64,000 nucleotides of DNA from Azolla caroliniana. Taxonomy: Eukaryota > Plantae > Polypodiophyta. This document shows, piece after piece, positions 61,250 through 64,000 of the stretch. The stretch covers positions 15,996,001-16,060,000 of the forward strand of contig JBHGNT010000006.1 in assembly GCA_043228905.1 (NCBI GenBank). The letters are read 5' to 3'. The notes under the pieces were generated by a model. That model searched no databases and had not been told where the DNA came from. It was given only the letters and a program-made list of their open reading frames with translations. Position 1 is the first letter of the stretch; the number at the start of each line of letters is the position of its first letter. A program made the translations under genes and the position numbers.

Positions 61250-61262
61250 ATCGGGTTCACCA
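61245..61262 (-). promoter_or_regulatory. C2 PBS, tRNA-Trp
   Basis: TGGTGAACCCGATGTGAA, 3 nt after the LTR. Confidence 0.85.
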
Positions 61263-61265
61263 AGA

Positions 61266-61882
61266 TGTCGAGGTACTCCTCGCGGATGCGTGGAATGAGG
61301 CGGAACTTCGGGAGTTCTGTACCAAAGAGCAAGAGAGGAAGGGGAAGAAACCCTCTACGTGCGAGCGTAGAGTCATAGGGACACGGCCCTTCGACGCAAA
61401 GACGCAAGTATGGCAGCGACACAGAAAGGCACGAATGTATATATGTATTAACAAAGGCAAACAACAAGAACACGAAGACAACAAAACACGAAGTCGGTTA
61501 CAACCGAACAGGCCGGCGAACAGATGCCGATGCCTGTTCGTAAACGCACAGAAAGACAGGAGCAGGTTGGAGGTGCTGCCGGAAGCTCTCGGGCATTCCT
61601 CAGAGCAGTGCGAGCCTCCCGAAACCTGCACAGAAGGAAGCTATGGAGTTTGTGAACCAGAGAGAGAGAGGGAAGCCTTCGCACGCAAACCGACAGCACT
61701 TCGTTCTCGACTCTCCGCGATCCCTTTTCCCTCCTCGTCTCCCTCCTTTTATAGGCGAGGAAGGAGCCGTTTCCCCCTTTACTTCCTACCCACCTAGGAT
61801 CTTCTATGGACAACATTCGAGAAGAGCCGGTTCTTACGCTCCTCTGCACCGATTCCGCTTATGGGCGGTTTTCTTCACGACA
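61266..61882 (-). repeat. C2 5' LTR
   Basis: TGTCG...CGACA termini. Confidence 0.94.
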
Positions 61883-61886
61883 CCGT

Positions 61887-62045
61887 TTCTCGTGTAATAA
61901 AGTGCATTCGAAACCTCCATCATTTTGTACTTAGATATTAAATTTATTTAAAATGTTATCTTCACAATTATTGTATTATGTGATTCATACTCGATTTCGT
62001 ACGTTTTATGGGATTTTCACACTATTGCCGAAAATCTTCACGACA
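61887..62045 (-). repeat. C3 3' LTR, U3 start
   Basis: Minus strand TGTCGTGAAG, preceded by PPT-like GGTGGGGGTGGA and the hairpin at 62063-62082. Confidence 0.8.
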
Positions 62046-62108
62046 TCCACCCCCACCAAACCGCACGTCCTCCGGTACGTGCCAAGAAGAGAGAAAGTGA
62101 GATTTCGG

Positions 62109-64000
62109 CTACGATGATGAATTAGATTCCTCCATGTCTTCATTTACATCTGCCCTATTATGTTCATCATCGAGGTAATCGAGGTCAGGATCCTTGTCTT
62201 GTCTTTTCTTGAAAATCTTTACTCTTTTTCTCGCAATGGGTACGGCCAACCTTGATCCGTCTAGTTCCGCAAGGTGGTATGTGGCATTATCGTTGGCACT
62301 TGTCACCACATACGGCCCGAACCATCTTCTTGCGAATTTCCTTGTTGTACTGTGTTGATTGTCAAGGGTGCTATCGTAAACCAAAACCCAATCCCCTTCT
62401 TCAATCTTATTGGGACGAAGTCGATGCGTGTTGTCGAACCGAACCTTGTTCTTTACTCGGGCTGCCTTTATCATCTTTCGCGATTTTTCTAAATCTTCAG
62501 GTCTTCTTTCAAGTTGCCTTATCCGCGCCGCTAATAACTCTTCTCGGCTACCCATGAGGCGATCGTCCTTTCGATGGGCAGAATCGGCTTTTGTCCATAC
62601 ATAAGCTCCGTCGGCATATACCCTGTCACCGAGCTATGTGTCGTTCTATCGGCCCACAAGGCATAGGGTAATAGTTGTGGCCAATTCCCGACTCGACCGT
62701 TGCATGCCCATACGATGGCTTTAACGATAGGTCCATGCCCTCGCTCGATCTTCCCATTTGCTTCCGGATTGTAGGCAGTCGTGAGGGAGAGCTTCACGCC
62801 TAGTCTTTCGAAGAGCTCCGTCGCTTCACGCGCGTCCAACTCCCCTCGGTCGGCCACTATCTTCCCTACACATCCATATCGGCAAACAACATCTTCAAGT
62901 AGAAATTTGCAAACGGTTGAAGTCGTCTTATTTGTCAAGGATCGTCCTTCCACTTGATTTGTCAAGTCTTCCCTTGCCAGCGCTAAGTACTTCATTTGTC
63001 CCACTCCCATTGGCATCGAGACCAGATCCACCATCCATTTGAAGTGTATGGTGAGTGGGTATGTCGGCTTTAACTCATCACGATGACATATATTTGAATA
63101 TACTTTGCAATTTTCGCATGTGGACACGAAATGGAGTACATCTTTGTACATGCTTGGCCACCAATACTTCTCCTTCAACTTTTTGAACGTCGCCCATGTT
63201 CCTCTATGACCTGCCCAAGCACTCTCGTGGAATTCGGTCATCAGCGTCTCTTGCTCTTCTTTCTTTACCACCACTCGACGTGGTATTCCTGTCCTTCTTT
63301 TTGGATGTCGCCAAAGGAATCCTCCCTTCAAGAAGTATCGGTAAGCTTTCTTTCGGATTCGTAGGGCCTCCTCCTTTGTCAACGAAGCATTTGCCGTCAA
63401 TGTTCTTAGGAATCTACCGATGAGTAACCACTCTCCTTCGTACTCGTTCTCATTGAAGGCGTGGAGGGTTTGCGTGTCCTGGTCTTCCGCCGACAATCGA
63501 GCCATCTTGAAGAAGTGGAGGGCGACATCTTCATCTTCCGAAACCATGTTACTTCCATTGAAAAATCTTGCCCTCGACAGCATGTCAGCCATGGCGTTCT
63601 TCTTCCCTGCAATGGGACGGATCTCTGGGTTTAAAGACTTGATGTAGACGATCCACCTTAGCATAGCAAGATCTGGGGTCGCACATCCCGAGACCATTCT
63701 GAGAATTGGGAGACAATCTGTCTCTATTATCACTTCTGACCCAATCATGTAATCTTTGTCCGTCTTCACTGCCGACACAATACCCCAAAGTTCCCGCTTG
63801 ACTTGGGCATATCTTTGTTGCCGTTCACTGAGAACCTTTGCTCCGAACCGGACGGCATATCGCGCATTATCTTCACCTTCTTGATTGATGACCCACCTGA
63901 TTCCGGTTGGGCTCGTATCTACGGTCACGTAAATTGGTTTCCCTTCGGCATAGTCGGCCTTCCTTAGTGCCGGAGCTTCAAGAAGCAGTTTCTTTAATCT
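62109..64000 (-). pseudogene. C3 pol (RNase H-integrase); element continues beyond the window
   Basis: TVDTSPTGI, WAGHRG, WMVDLV, WFGPY; small frameshifting deletion at ~62550. Confidence 0.92.

Larger units (their letters stand above)
45591..61882 (-). mobile_element. Ty3/Gypsy element C2 (GC-rich, tRNA-Trp-primed); 3' LTR interrupted by B2
   Basis: 5' LTR 61266-61882; 3' LTR 45591-45622 plus 54990-55558; TSD CCGT (45587-45590 and 61883-61886). Confidence 0.94.

Overview
Eukaryotic, plant-type heterochromatin; a non-seed land plant is my guess from the element types, not something the sequence proves. The window is essentially 100% nested LTR retrotransposons and I found no host gene. A decayed minus-strand Ty3/Gypsy element (H) is the basal layer and carries three insertions. 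(i) A young Gypsy, A1 (1702-11560, TSD TGTTG). (ii) A tRNA-Trp-primed Gypsy, C1 (13695-39962), holding a fused pair of Ty1/Copia elements (D1/D2, 19220-38729), which holds Gypsy B1 (22725-32117, TSD TCGAG). (iii) An internally deleted Gypsy, A2 (from 41024), interrupted by C-type element C3; the C3 LTR holds C2 (45591-61882, 4-bp TSD CCGT), and the C2 LTR holds Gypsy B2 (45623-54984). Main highlight: families A and B have no polypurine tract at the 3' LTR. In its place is a tRNA-Arg-like T-arm/acceptor sequence ending in CCA exactly 2 nt before the LTR, with a covarying hairpin inserted in the T-loop. This suggests a tRNA- or tRNA-mimic-primed plus strand, and these families also carry a conserved ~800-900 aa coiled-coil third ORF. 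The C family shows 4-bp TSDs, a G_GAT_TTT -1 frameshift with a conserved pseudoknot, a covarying pre-PPT hairpin, antisense tRNA-type A/B boxes in the LTR, and a U3 block shared with the Copia LTRs. All alignments were done by eye, and tRNA identities come from recalled plant tRNA 3' ends.
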